Source: Myxococcota bacterium | GTDB lineage: Bacteria; Myxococcota_A; UBA9042 | Direction: 5' to 3' | DNA: 64,000 nt | Assembly (NCBI GenBank): GCA_049317445.1 | Contig: JBMOIG010000007.1 | Span: 3,700-67,699 of the forward strand | Shown here: one piece after another, positions 10,082 through 19,197 of the stretch | Numbering within the stretch: the first letter of the stretch is position 1 | How the letters are laid out: each line of letters starts with the position of its first letter | The notes under the pieces: generated by a model | Told to the model about the DNA's origin: nothing | Database searches by the model: none | Seen by the model: the letters and a program-made list of their open reading frames with translations, nothing else | Made by a program: the position numbers and the translations under genes

Positions 10082-10206
10082 CGGTGGCCTCGCGTGTTGC
10101 GGCATGACCGGGGGCTGGACATACTACGCAGGCCGCACCCCGGGGGTCAATTGGAGCGGCAGAGGACCCGACTTCCCTTGAGTTCCGCGCGCGACAGGCT
10201 GGTCCA

Positions 10207-11547
10207 GTGGGTGGTCGCGGCCGTCGTCGGCGCCGCGCTGGCGTTGGGCGTGGCTTGGCTGGCGACTGCTCCAGATGTGACGTCGCCGGTCCCCACACCG
10301 CCAGACACCACCGCGTCGGCCTTGCAGCCCCTGATGACGTCGGACGCGCGGGAGATGGCTCCGCCGCTGATGGTGGTCTGGCCAGCGACGCGGCAGCCGC
10401 CCTGCCCTCCACCGTCACCGATACGGATGCCGAGCCTGCCGAGGCGACGCCCGGTGGCGCGACGGCGCTGTCGTTGCGCGCCGACCCTGCCGAGCTGCGG
10501 GTGTGGGCGAACACCAAGGTGCGGTTGTACGCCGAGCCTGGTCCCGGCGTGCAGTTCGACCGGTACGTGTGGCATTTCGAGGACGGCAGCGATCCGGTCG
10601 AAGGCCGCGCGGTGGAACACGTCTTCGCCGAAAGCGTTCGCGACCGTCACTTGTCCGTCGAAGCGATCCGCGCGGGCGAGGTGCCGGTGGTCGTGACACT
10701 GCGACTGCCCGTCGAGCGGCTGGAGGTCGTCCCCGTCGACGGCGCCCCAGAGGAAGAGGCGACGCTGCCCGCCAAGTCCGGTCCGCGTCTAGTGTTTGCT
10801 GGGGCTGATGCTCAGGCGGTGGACGCCGGAGAGGTGGTCACGGCGGCCCAGCGCATTCAGGCTGACGTGCTTGTGGTGGCGGGCACCGCGGCGACGGCAA
10901 CCGTGATGGCGGAGACCGCCGGACGGCTGGCCCCTGAGCTCGCGGTTCTGTCGTGGCCCGTGGCGGTCGGCGCGGACCCGGCAGAGGCAGGGCGCGACGC
11001 GACACTCGTCGTCATGCGCAACCCTTCGGACCGACTGACGGTCCTGCCGCGCTCTGCCGGTGGTGCTCCGGTGCTGGCGCTGGGCGACGTGGCGCTGTCG
11101 GCAGTGGACACCCGAGACGACACGGTGGGTGAGGCCGAGCTGAAGCGGCTGCGAGAAACCCTCGACATTCTGGCCGCCTACAAGTCGACGCTGCTACTGA
11201 CTGCGCGGCCCCTGACACTGCTGCGGGACGGCGAGCTGATTGCAGACCGCGCGTACCGCATCTACGAGCACGCGCTGCGAACGGGCGTGGGGGCGGTGGT
11301 GTCGGCGGCCTCCGGCGTGTTCTGCCAAGGGCGGTTCGGCGCGCTGCAGGCGGTGGCCGTGGGTCTGGTGCGGGCAGAGGGTTGCTCGCGACCGACCGGC
11401 GGCTCGGGCTGCCAGCCGGGATCACTGACCGTGGTGGACCCCAGTCACCGCGGACGATTGCGCGTGAATGTGTTGACGGGACCCGGGTTTGCGCGTGTCG
11501 TCCCGGTTCGTGAACTTCCGGCCGAAGTCGGCAAGTTGCGCCGCTGA
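10207..11547 (+). CDS. PKD-like domain protein; the 5' end is probably frameshifted or mis-started
   Basis: From about residue 60 the frame reads as a credible protein (…YVWHFEDGSDPVEGRAVEHVF is PKD-like). The first 60 or so codons are Arg/Gly junk with poor third-position GC. The neighbouring frame over 10151-10270 encodes a signal-anchor helix (LVQWVVAAVVGAALALGVAWLATAP), which suggests a frame switch near 10270-10400. The stop TGA lies at 11545-11547. Confidence 0.55.
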   Translation: MGGRGRRRRRAGVGRGLAGDCSRCDVAGPHTARHHRVGLAAPDDVGRAGDGSAADGGLASDAAAALPSTVTDTDAEPAEATPGGATALSLRADPAELRVWANTKVRLYAEPGPGVQFDRYVWHFEDGSDPVEGRAVEHVFAESVRDRHLSVEAIRAGEVPVVVTLRLPVERLEVVPVDGAPEEEATLPAKSGPRLVFAGADAQAVDAGEVVTAAQRIQADVLVVAGTAATATVMAETAGRLAPELAVLSWPVAVGADPAEAGRDATLVVMRNPSDRLTVLPRSAGGAPVLALGDVALSAVDTRDDTVGEAELKRLRETLDILAAYKSTLLLTARPLTLLRDGELIADRAYRIYEHALRTGVGAVVSAASGVFCQGRFGALQAVAVGLVRAEGCSRPTGGSGCQPGSLTVVDPSHRGRLRVNVLTGPGFARVVPVRELPAEVGKLRR

Positions 11548-11560
11548 GCGCTGGAGCCCG

Positions 11561-12766
11561 ATGACCGCCGCCGCGATGACCCAACCTCCCGCAACTTGGG
11601 CGGTCTACGTCCACTTCCCGTACTGCCTGCACCGCTGCGCCTACTGCGACTTCGCCACGATCGCCGTGCGCGATGTGCCGCGTGAGGCGTATCTAGCTTC
11701 CATTGTTCATGAATTCACTACGCGCACCCGCGACCTTCCCGCCGCACCTATCGCGTCGGTGTTTCTGGGCGGTGGGACGCCGTCGCTTTGGGGACCGCGG
11801 AACATCGCGGATCTGCTGGAGATGCTGCATCGCTGGGGCGGCCTGCTGCCAGACGCGGAAATCACGCTCGAAGCCAACCCGGGCACCTTGGAGTCGGGCG
11901 ACCTGCGGGCGTATGCGTCGGCTGGAATTCGGCGTGTTTCCGTGGGCATCCAGGCGCTGGACGATGGTCGATTGGCCGCTTTGGACAGGATCCACGATGC
12001 CGGTGCTGCGCGACGGACGCTGGCCGAGGTCGCCGACCTGCTGGCGGCGGGAAGATTGCGCAGTGCGAGTGCTGACTTGCTGTTCGGCGCGCCGGGCCAA
12101 ACGATGCAGGACCTGCGGCGCGACGTCGACGCCGTGCTGGGCTACGGCCTGCCGCACCTGAGCGCGTACAGTCTGACGGTCGAGGCTGGCACGCCGCTGG
12201 CGGGACAGGTGGCACGCGGACTGCGGAAAGCGCCCGATGACGATCTGCAGAGCGACATGCTCGACGCGCTGCCCAAGATGACGGCACGGCACGGCTTGCA
12301 CCGCTACGAAGTGTCCAATTTTGCGATGGAAGGCCACCAGTGCCGCCACAACCTGACGTACTGGACCGGCGGTCGCTACCTGGCGTTGGGCGTGGGGGCG
12401 CACGGCTTCCTGCCGCCACGGCCGGATGCGGCTACGGGCGTGTTGGGCCACCGTTACGGCAATACGCGGTCGCACGTCGCGTGGAGTGCGGCGGTCGGCA
12501 AGGGCCGGGTCTGTGAGGAGATCCAAGAGGATATCGATGCCGAGACGCATGTGACCGAGCGCCTGATGACGGGTCTGCGTCTGGCGGCGGGGGTCGATTT
12601 GGCGGCGCTGCGACGCGACGTGGGCGACCAGCCTTGCGAGGCGTTGGTGCTGCGGGCAGAGCGCGCAGTCCGCCGGGGGCGGCCGCTGGAGCTGGAGGCC
12701 GACTGGCTGCGCCTGCGGCCGGAGGGCGTGCGCTTGCTGGACGCCATCCTGGCCGAGTTGGCCTGA
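11561..12766 (+). CDS. hemW: Radical-SAM heme chaperone HemW (HemN-like, oxygen-independent coproporphyrinogen III oxidase family)
   Basis: Cys-cluster motif YVHFPYCLHRCAYCDF. The start is taken at ATG 11561 (MTAAAMTQ...), just after the upstream stop. The ORF-track start at 11489 would overlap the preceding gene. Confidence 0.88.
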   Translation: MTAAAMTQPPATWAVYVHFPYCLHRCAYCDFATIAVRDVPREAYLASIVHEFTTRTRDLPAAPIASVFLGGGTPSLWGPRNIADLLEMLHRWGGLLPDAEITLEANPGTLESGDLRAYASAGIRRVSVGIQALDDGRLAALDRIHDAGAARRTLAEVADLLAAGRLRSASADLLFGAPGQTMQDLRRDVDAVLGYGLPHLSAYSLTVEAGTPLAGQVARGLRKAPDDDLQSDMLDALPKMTARHGLHRYEVSNFAMEGHQCRHNLTYWTGGRYLALGVGAHGFLPPRPDAATGVLGHRYGNTRSHVAWSAAVGKGRVCEEIQEDIDAETHVTERLMTGLRLAAGVDLAALRRDVGDQPCEALVLRAERAVRRGRPLELEADWLRLRPEGVRLLDAILAELA

Positions 12767-12850
12767 TCGCGTGCGCTCGCCCCAATGAGATGAACCAGAC
12801 CTGCGAGGCACTGATTTGACTTGGGGGAACGCCGAAGCCAAGCTGCCCCC

Positions 12851-13867
12851 ATGCTGAGGCTGCTCCGCCACTCGCTTGCCGTTGCCTCTTTCGTTGCCTT
12901 GGTCTGGGGGCAGATCGTCGGCACCGCGGCCAGCGTTGTCGCCGCGCCGCGGCCGGCTCCCACGGCCGAGCAGGAAAAGCTGGCGGTCATCACGGCTGAG
13001 CAGGCCAAGGCCAAGTTCACGTCCGGCGCCTATGCCGAGGCCGCCAAGTTGTTCATGCAGGCTTACGCGCAGTTCCCCGAGCCGACCCTCGTGTTCAACG
13101 CAGCGCGGTCGTACCAGCGGGCCGGACAGCTGGCGCAGGCCATGCCGTTGTTCCAGCTCTACCTGTCACTGGACACCTTCGACGACCCCGACAGCGTGCA
13201 GGGCCGCCGCGAGGCTGAGCAGCATCTTGCCGCGATCCAGAAGGAACTGACGGCCCGCGAGACAGCCAAGGCCGCCGAAGCCGCCCGCCCCAAGCCGCCG
13301 GACGTCACGCCCCCACCCAAGCCCGCCGACACCGGCAAGCCCGCGACCGAGACAACACCGACGACGGTCAAGCCCGCTCCGCCACAGGAAGAAGATCGCC
13401 CTGCGCCGATTCGCCGCCCCGGCCTGTTCGCTCGCATCGAGGCTTCAGGTTGGACCAGACAGGAGGTGGTCGGTGCCTCGACAGCGGCGGTGGGGGCGAC
13501 GCTGCTGGTCACGGCGACGGTCCTGACGCTGGTCGCGCGCAGCGGTCTTGCGGACTTGGACGATCGTCTCGCGGCCGGCCGCAGCACCGTTGGCGGCGAG
13601 ACGCGCTATACTGGCGTAACACAAAGGGAAGTGGACGATGCCCTGCGAACCCACGACTCACGCCAGGCGTGGGCGACCGGGCTTGCCGTTGTTGGCATCG
13701 CCGCGGTGGGGACCGGACTCGCGTTGTGGTGGCTGGGCGACGAAGAGGCGACGGTGGTTCCGGTCGGAGCGGCTTCCGTGGGTGCCGCAAGCGCGTCCTG
13801 GCGAGTGCTGCCTGCGCTCGCCGCCAACGGATCGCACACCGGACTGCTGCTGCAGGGGAGATTCTGA
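12851..13867 (+). CDS. Secreted TPR-like protein with a Pro/Thr linker and a C-terminal membrane anchor, hypothetical
   Basis: The signal peptide is MLRLLRHSLAVASFVALVWG. Helical TPR-like N-terminal repeats are followed by a PPPKPADTGKP linker and two C-terminal hydrophobic helices. Confidence 0.65.
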   Translation: MLRLLRHSLAVASFVALVWGQIVGTAASVVAAPRPAPTAEQEKLAVITAEQAKAKFTSGAYAEAAKLFMQAYAQFPEPTLVFNAARSYQRAGQLAQAMPLFQLYLSLDTFDDPDSVQGRREAEQHLAAIQKELTARETAKAAEAARPKPPDVTPPPKPADTGKPATETTPTTVKPAPPQEEDRPAPIRRPGLFARIEASGWTRQEVVGASTAAVGATLLVTATVLTLVARSGLADLDDRLAAGRSTVGGETRYTGVTQREVDDALRTHDSRQAWATGLAVVGIAAVGTGLALWWLGDEEATVVPVGAASVGAASASWRVLPALAANGSHTGLLLQGRF

Positions 13868-14460
13868 TGGCCACGCGGTCACGAGCTCTGCTGCAAACCG
13901 GATGCGCCGTCGCGTGGCTGTTGCTGGCAGCCGCGTGCTCCGACGGCCGGACGGCGACCGACCCGGGAACGGTGTACGCGTGCCAGACGGTGGACGACTG
14001 CCTGCAAGGGTGGGACTGCCTCTGCGGTTCTTGCCGACCTGCCGGGACCGTGTGCGACGCGGACGCAACCGCAGATGCCACGCCCGACACGACGCCGGAC
14101 GATGCCGACGCCGGTCCTGACGTGCCGGTCGGCCCCTGCAACCTGTCGACTTGGGCACCGTGTCCTGAGGGCTTCGGCTGCTACTTCGAGACCGCCACCC
14201 AGCAGACGTCGTGCCAAGCCCACGGAACACTGGGTGAAAATGCAGCGTGCGACCCGGCCCAACCAGCCGTCTGTGGCCGTCTGGGGCAGAGCGACGGCGG
14301 CCGAGCCCTTCGCTGCGACCAGGTGGACAAGAAGTGCTACCGGACCTGCGTTTGCACGGCGTTGGAGCAGCTGAAGTGCCCGACCGGACAGCAGTGCTAT
14401 TGCCTGACGGACAGTCAGCAGAAGCGTTGGCCCGACGGCGCTGGCATCTGCGCACCCTGA
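13867..14460 (+). CDS. Cys-rich lipoprotein, hypothetical
   Basis: The ATG at 13867 overlaps the upstream TGA. The lipobox is LLLAAACSDG, and about 20 Cys sit in a 197-aa protein. Confidence 0.7.
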   Translation: MATRSRALLQTGCAVAWLLLAAACSDGRTATDPGTVYACQTVDDCLQGWDCLCGSCRPAGTVCDADATADATPDTTPDDADAGPDVPVGPCNLSTWAPCPEGFGCYFETATQQTSCQAHGTLGENAACDPAQPAVCGRLGQSDGGRALRCDQVDKKCYRTCVCTALEQLKCPTGQQCYCLTDSQQKRWPDGAGICAP

Positions 14461-14487
14461 AGGCGTACGGACAGTCCCTTCAACGAC

Positions 14488-15270
14488 CTACCAGACGCCC
14501 TGCACCCACAACAAGCCGACCACGACCGCCGCAGAGAAGGCGAGCGCCGCAGCAATGGCGGCCGGTGTCTGAAGTCCGCGCCTGACAGGGGGCGAGGGAA
14601 GAAGCCACGGAGCTTCCTCTGACGTCATGCGTTCCGCAGCGGGCAGAACCGCCGTCGCCACGCTGACCGATGCGACCGTCGTTGCTGCGGGCAGCGCCAC
14701 GGTCGCGTCTGAGGCTTCCATGCGAGTTGTGAAGTCATCGCCGGTCATGGGCGCGACAGGTTCGCCCGGGACCGGGGCGTTCGCGTCGCCTTGGGCATCA
14801 GCGGCCTGCACCGCGGTGACCGTCTCCGTTCGAGTCGTCTTGGCCACCGCCAGCGCGGCGTCACCGTCCAGTCCAGCCTGAACGGCAGCGAAGAAGCTGG
14901 GGAAATCGCGCCAGTCATCGCCGTCCGCCGAGATCCACAGCGTCTGTGCGGGCCGGTTGGCCGCCCAGTTCAACAGCGCTTCGAGCCCGTGGAAGTTGTA
15001 CGTCAGGCCCTGTGACCGCAGCTTCCACTCTCGCGGCGGCATTGGCGCGGCCTGGAACAGGTCGTCGTTGTCGGGAGGCGAAGGCGGAGGCGGAGGCGGA
15101 GGCGGAGGAGACGGTGCCGGGGCCACATGGCCGACGGGCAGGATCTGACCGCACTCGAGACAAACCGAAGCGCCTGCGGGAACTTCGCTGTTGTCGCGCG
15201 CTGCGATCACTTGATTGCAGTAACCGCAGAAGACCGCAGTGACTAGGAAGGGCGACCGGGGCTGGGACAT
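14488..15270 (-). CDS. Zinc-ribbon / poly-proline membrane-anchored protein, hypothetical
   Basis: The start is the internal ATG 15270 (MSQPRSPFLVTAVFCGYCNQ...CLECGQ zinc ribbon). A PPPPPPPPPSPP tract follows, and there is a C-terminal transmembrane helix. The upstream Arg-rich extension to 15480 is rejected. Confidence 0.55.
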   Translation of the reverse strand: MSQPRSPFLVTAVFCGYCNQVIAARDNSEVPAGASVCLECGQILPVGHVAPAPSPPPPPPPPPSPPDNDDLFQAAPMPPREWKLRSQGLTYNFHGLEALLNWAANRPAQTLWISADGDDWRDFPSFFAAVQAGLDGDAALAVAKTTRTETVTAVQAADAQGDANAPVPGEPVAPMTGDDFTTRMEASDATVALPAATTVASVSVATAVLPAAERMTSEEAPWLLPSPPVRRGLQTPAAIAAALAFSAAVVVGLLWVQGVW

Positions 15271-15344
15271 GGTCGGCCTCCGTTGAGGGCGCGCGGGCTT
15301 GCCAAAAGCAACAGGGGCACCATAGCAGCGCGGATCGACGGGGG

Positions 15345-16550
15345 TCAACGCACCAACTGCGGCCATAACGTGTCGTGCAAGGTCGGGCGCAGCCTGCGGA
15401 TGCCTTCTACAACGGCGCTGGTCGGATGGACGCGGTTGGTCAACAGCACGACCGCCGCATCGCGACCGGGCGAGCACCACACGCTGGTTCCGGTAAAGCC
15501 CAAGTGGCCAAACGCATCCGGTGGCACTTGGTCACCCGCGCTGGAGCCGGGCTGGGTCGGCGTGTCGAAGCCATGGCGCCAGGTCGTGCCTGCAACGCCA
15601 GGGGTGGCGACGAGAAAGCGCACGAGTTCTGGGGCCAGACCGAGAGGACCAACTCGCCGGCGACCGTCAGACCGAACCGCCCGAAGCCAAGCGTGCGCCC
15701 AAGTCAGCACGGCATCCGCCGTCGCAAACAGGCCGGCATGGCCCGCCACGCCGTCCAGCGCCGCACAGTTGTCGTCGTGCACTTCACCTTGCAGCGCAAG
15801 ACCTTGCGGACAACGACGGACCACCACCTCTGTCGTCACGCACGGTTGTCCGTCCCCAGCGGCACCCACCGAGACCCGTCGAAACGCTGCGTCCAGCCCC
15901 AGCGGGACGGCCACCGACCGCAAGAAGCGCCGGTCCAACGGCTCGCCGTGCAGCGCCTCAAGCACCCAGCCAAGCGACATGTACCCGAGGTCACTGTAGA
16001 CGGCCGCCATCCCCGCCGGCCGCTCCAAGGGGGTGTACAGCACGAGCTTGCGCACGGCCTTGGCACGCTCAACCGCGTCGTGGATGCCCGCCGTGCCACC
16101 CCAGAAATCCAGCCAAGCCGGCGCCCCCGACGTGTGGCTGACCAGCTGCCCAAGCGTCGCCTGCCCCAGACCGGTGCCGCGGGCGTCGGGCAACCAGCGC
16201 TCCAGACGATCGTCCAGACTCAACCGCGGTTTCTGCGCAGACAGCTCCTGTGCCAGCAGCGTCAGAGTGGCGACAGGCTTGGTCAGCGACGCGAGGTCGA
16301 AACGCGATTCGAGGTCCGTCGGCGTTCCGGGACAGGCTTCCAGACGCTGGCCGGCCGCGTGGGGCACGACCCGAAGGCGGCTGGTCCTGCCGACGGCGGC
16401 GCTGGCCCGCTCCCCTCCCGCCCAGACCGCGACGGCAACGGCCGAGCCGACTCCATCGCGCAACGCTCGGTCGACGACGCCAAGCGCGGATGCGGCAACC
16501 GCGGGCCCGCCGGAAACGCCGCGAGGCAACAGCGTTCGCCGCGTGCTCAC
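15345..16550 (-). CDS. Serine hydrolase, beta-lactamase/transpeptidase-like (class C/PBP fold) family
   Basis: Motifs are SxxK (ASLTK), YxN-like (YSDLGY) and the KTG-region HLGFTGTS. The start is placed at GTG 16550, overlapping the aminopeptidase stop (GTGA). The 250-aa Arg-rich upstream extension in the ORF track is rejected. Confidence 0.7.
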   Translation of the reverse strand: MSTRRTLLPRGVSGGPAVAASALGVVDRALRDGVGSAVAVAVWAGGERASAAVGRTSRLRVVPHAAGQRLEACPGTPTDLESRFDLASLTKPVATLTLLAQELSAQKPRLSLDDRLERWLPDARGTGLGQATLGQLVSHTSGAPAWLDFWGGTAGIHDAVERAKAVRKLVLYTPLERPAGMAAVYSDLGYMSLGWVLEALHGEPLDRRFLRSVAVPLGLDAAFRRVSVGAAGDGQPCVTTEVVVRRCPQGLALQGEVHDDNCAALDGVAGHAGLFATADAVLTWAHAWLRAVRSDGRRRVGPLGLAPELVRFLVATPGVAGTTWRHGFDTPTQPGSSAGDQVPPDAFGHLGFTGTSVWCSPGRDAAVVLLTNRVHPTSAVVEGIRRLRPTLHDTLWPQLVR

Positions 16551-19114
16551 GCCACCGCTCCGCGCAGCTTCTCGCCGCGGTCCAGCCGATCCTGCAGCTC
16601 GCGCTGCTGGTTGCGCAGGGCCTCGACATCCTTGCGCAGCTCGTCGACCTGCTTGCCAGCCCCCAGCCCGGCGCGGATCTGGGCGATCGACTCTGTGGCC
16701 CGCCGCTGTACCCGACCGTCCGTGGCCCGCTGCGACATATCTTGCAGCAGGGGAATCACGCGGGCGTCGCCCAAGCCGCCCAGCGAAGAGGCCACGTTGA
16801 AGACGAAGCGGAAGCTGGTGTCCGTCGTGTACGGCTGCAGCGCCTGCACCACCCGCGCGGGCTCGGTGACGAAAGCCGCGAGACAACGGGCCGCACCACA
16901 CCGCAGCAACGTGGGATGATGGGGTTGCAGCAAAGGCGTCACGAGCTCGATGGCCGCCGAATCCTGCAGCGCCGCGAAGCCGTCCAGCACGCCGACGCGG
17001 ATCGTCTCGTTCCAGCTCGGACGGTCCAGCGCCTCCCGCAACGCTTGGAAAGCGCCCGGGAACCGCGTCTGCCCCAGCGCAACGGCGGCTTCGGCCTCTA
17101 CGAAATACGACGGGTCGCCCTGATCCAGCAGCCGTACAAGCAGCTCGCCCGCCTGCGGAGTCTGGAAGCGGCCCAGCGCAGCGACGACGGCCCGGCGCGC
17201 CTTGGGGTGCGGCAGCTGGACGGCATCGGCAAGGCCCTGAAAGGCGCGGGTATTGCCGATCTGACCGAGCACGCGCGCAACCTCGGCCTGCACGCACCAC
17301 AGCCGGTCTTCCAGCAGCGCACGGGCCAGCGCGTCATTGTTGGCGGTGGACGGCCGCTTGCCCAAGGCGTTGGCCGCTTGGATACGCGCGTGCGCGTGGG
17401 GAGCGCGGGCGAGCGCGGCGCGCAGCATCGGCTCGCCGAACGTCCACTCGACGGTGCCGAGCAGATCGCCGCGTGGGTCGGGCAGCACCATCGCGGGCGC
17501 CGCAGGAAGGTCGATGCGGAAAGAGTGGTGCTTGCGCTCGACGGCAAACGTACGGCGCACGGGCTCGCCCGACTCAGGCACGAACAGCACCTCCAGCGGG
17601 AACTGGAACAGTAGCGACTCCTTGACGTCCTGCGTCTGCTCGACGGTCAGCTGCCACTCGCGCGTTTCGCCATCCCATGAGCCACCGATCTTCAACTCCG
17701 GGTGGCCCTTGCCGTTCTCGACCCACTGCGAGAAGAACCGCCCCAGATCCACTCCGGTGAAGGCCTCCAGCGCCCGGCGCAGGTCCGGCGTCTCGACCAT
17801 GCCGTCCGCAAAGGCCTGGACGTAGGCTCCCACGCCGCCAAAGAACGCCTGGTCGCCCAACAGTTTTCGCAGCATGTGCAGCACGGCGCCGCCCTTCTCG
17901 TACAGATGGGCGTCGAAAACGTCGATGGGCTCGCGCCAGCGGTTGGTCACGATGGTGCGCCGGTAGCGACCCGCATCCTCCCGCAAGTACCCGCGAATCG
18001 CTTGCAGCCGGGCGTAGTCGAATTCGTCCACCGTCTCGGTATGCTCGCGCCACAACTGCTCGAAATAGGTGGCAAAGCCCTCGTTGAGCCAGCCGTGCGC
18101 CCACGTGCGGCAGGTCACCAGATCGCCGAACCACTGGTGCGCGAGCTCGTGACTGACCAGCGGCTGCGAGCTGAAGTCCAGATGCGCGCGCTCGTCGTGC
18201 AGGGTCAGGTCGGTCTGGGTAGTCAGGCTCGCATTCTCCATGCCGCCGAACACGAACTCGCCCACCGCGACTTGACCGTACTTCTCGAACGGGAACTTCA
18301 CGCCGACCAGACGCTCATACAGCGCGATCATCTCAGGCGTGCGGTCAAACGACCGGTGGCCGTCCGCCTCGCGCCCTGGCAGCACGTGGAAGCTGACCGG
18401 AACCGGCTCAGTCTGCTGGACGACTTCGACGAACGGACCCACCACCAGCGTCAGCAGGTACATGGGAATCGGCCGCTCGATCTGCCAGTCGAAGATGCGG
18501 GTTCCCGGGTCGGCGCCGCGGTAGATGTCCTTCAGCACGCCGTTGGACAGCGCGACCATGCCCTCGGACACGGTCGCCAGCACGTGCAGGCGCATCTTGT
18601 GGTTGGGGCTGTCGTGGCAGGGGAACCAGAAGCGCGAGTCCTCGTCCTGTCCCTGCGTCCAGGCGTGGGCGACGCGGTCGGGATGGTCGGCGTCGGGCAG
18701 GATGAAGTAGAAGCCGGCACGCGGCTCGCGGGTGTCGTAATCGACCGAGATCCGCAGCGCTTCTCCCCGCTTGGCCGTGCGACCCAGATCGATCCACAGG
18801 GTGCGTCCGTCGTGCTCCAGCGGCAGACGCTGGCCTGCGCCGTCGAAGGCGCGGGGCACATCGATGCCGTCGGCGTCCAGGCGAATGCGCCGCAGCTCGT
18901 CGCGCCGCACCACCCCTTCGTAGGTCGCGGTGCCGCGCACGTGTCTGCCCGGCACATCGACCTCGACCGTCAGCGTCAGGTCCTGCCAGTCGACCGGGAC
19001 GTCGGGCGGAAACTGCTCTGGAGTATCTGCCGGGACGAACTCGTTGCGCCGCAAGGCCCGCATCGACGCCTGTTCGACCGACCGGACGCCTTGAAAACCG
19101 TATTCGCTGGGCAT
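16547..19114 (-). CDS. M1-family zinc aminopeptidase (aminopeptidase N-like) with C-terminal HEAT/ARM repeats
   Basis: The HEXXH motif is HELAHQWFGD, with GWLNEGFATY carrying the third zinc ligand Glu. An upstream GMEN exopeptidase motif (GGMENASL) is present. The C-terminal 250 aa form HEAT-like repeats. Confidence 0.9.
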   Translation of the reverse strand: MPSEYGFQGVRSVEQASMRALRRNEFVPADTPEQFPPDVPVDWQDLTLTVEVDVPGRHVRGTATYEGVVRRDELRRIRLDADGIDVPRAFDGAGQRLPLEHDGRTLWIDLGRTAKRGEALRISVDYDTREPRAGFYFILPDADHPDRVAHAWTQGQDEDSRFWFPCHDSPNHKMRLHVLATVSEGMVALSNGVLKDIYRGADPGTRIFDWQIERPIPMYLLTLVVGPFVEVVQQTEPVPVSFHVLPGREADGHRSFDRTPEMIALYERLVGVKFPFEKYGQVAVGEFVFGGMENASLTTQTDLTLHDERAHLDFSSQPLVSHELAHQWFGDLVTCRTWAHGWLNEGFATYFEQLWREHTETVDEFDYARLQAIRGYLREDAGRYRRTIVTNRWREPIDVFDAHLYEKGGAVLHMLRKLLGDQAFFGGVGAYVQAFADGMVETPDLRRALEAFTGVDLGRFFSQWVENGKGHPELKIGGSWDGETREWQLTVEQTQDVKESLLFQFPLEVLFVPESGEPVRRTFAVERKHHSFRIDLPAAPAMVLPDPRGDLLGTVEWTFGEPMLRAALARAPHAHARIQAANALGKRPSTANNDALARALLEDRLWCVQAEVARVLGQIGNTRAFQGLADAVQLPHPKARRAVVAALGRFQTPQAGELLVRLLDQGDPSYFVEAEAAVALGQTRFPGAFQALREALDRPSWNETIRVGVLDGFAALQDSAAIELVTPLLQPHHPTLLRCGAARCLAAFVTEPARVVQALQPYTTDTSFRFVFNVASSLGGLGDARVIPLLQDMSQRATDGRVQRRATESIAQIRAGLGAGKQVDELRKDVEALRNQQRELQDRLDRGEKLRGAVA

Positions 19115-19197
19115 GGATACCTCAAGTGGCGGACAAACGCCGGCGGCAGGGCAACGCGGGACAGTCGATGCAGTTCACGGTAGGCAAAGGTCCGGGA

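Noticed and set aside
8855-10696. 613-aa plus-strand ORF
   Set aside because: It is mostly antisense to the secreted protein 8804..10081. Only its 3' part (about 10151-10270) may be genuinely coding, as a signal anchor; see the frameshift finding.
15375-16919. 514-aa plus-strand ORF
   Set aside because: It is antisense to the beta-lactamase-fold hydrolase and the end of the aminopeptidase.
16551-17300. 250-aa Arg-rich N-terminal extension of the beta-lactamase-fold ORF
   Set aside because: It overlaps the C-terminus of the aminopeptidase on the same strand in another frame, has junk composition and no start context. The GTG overlapping the upstream stop is preferred.
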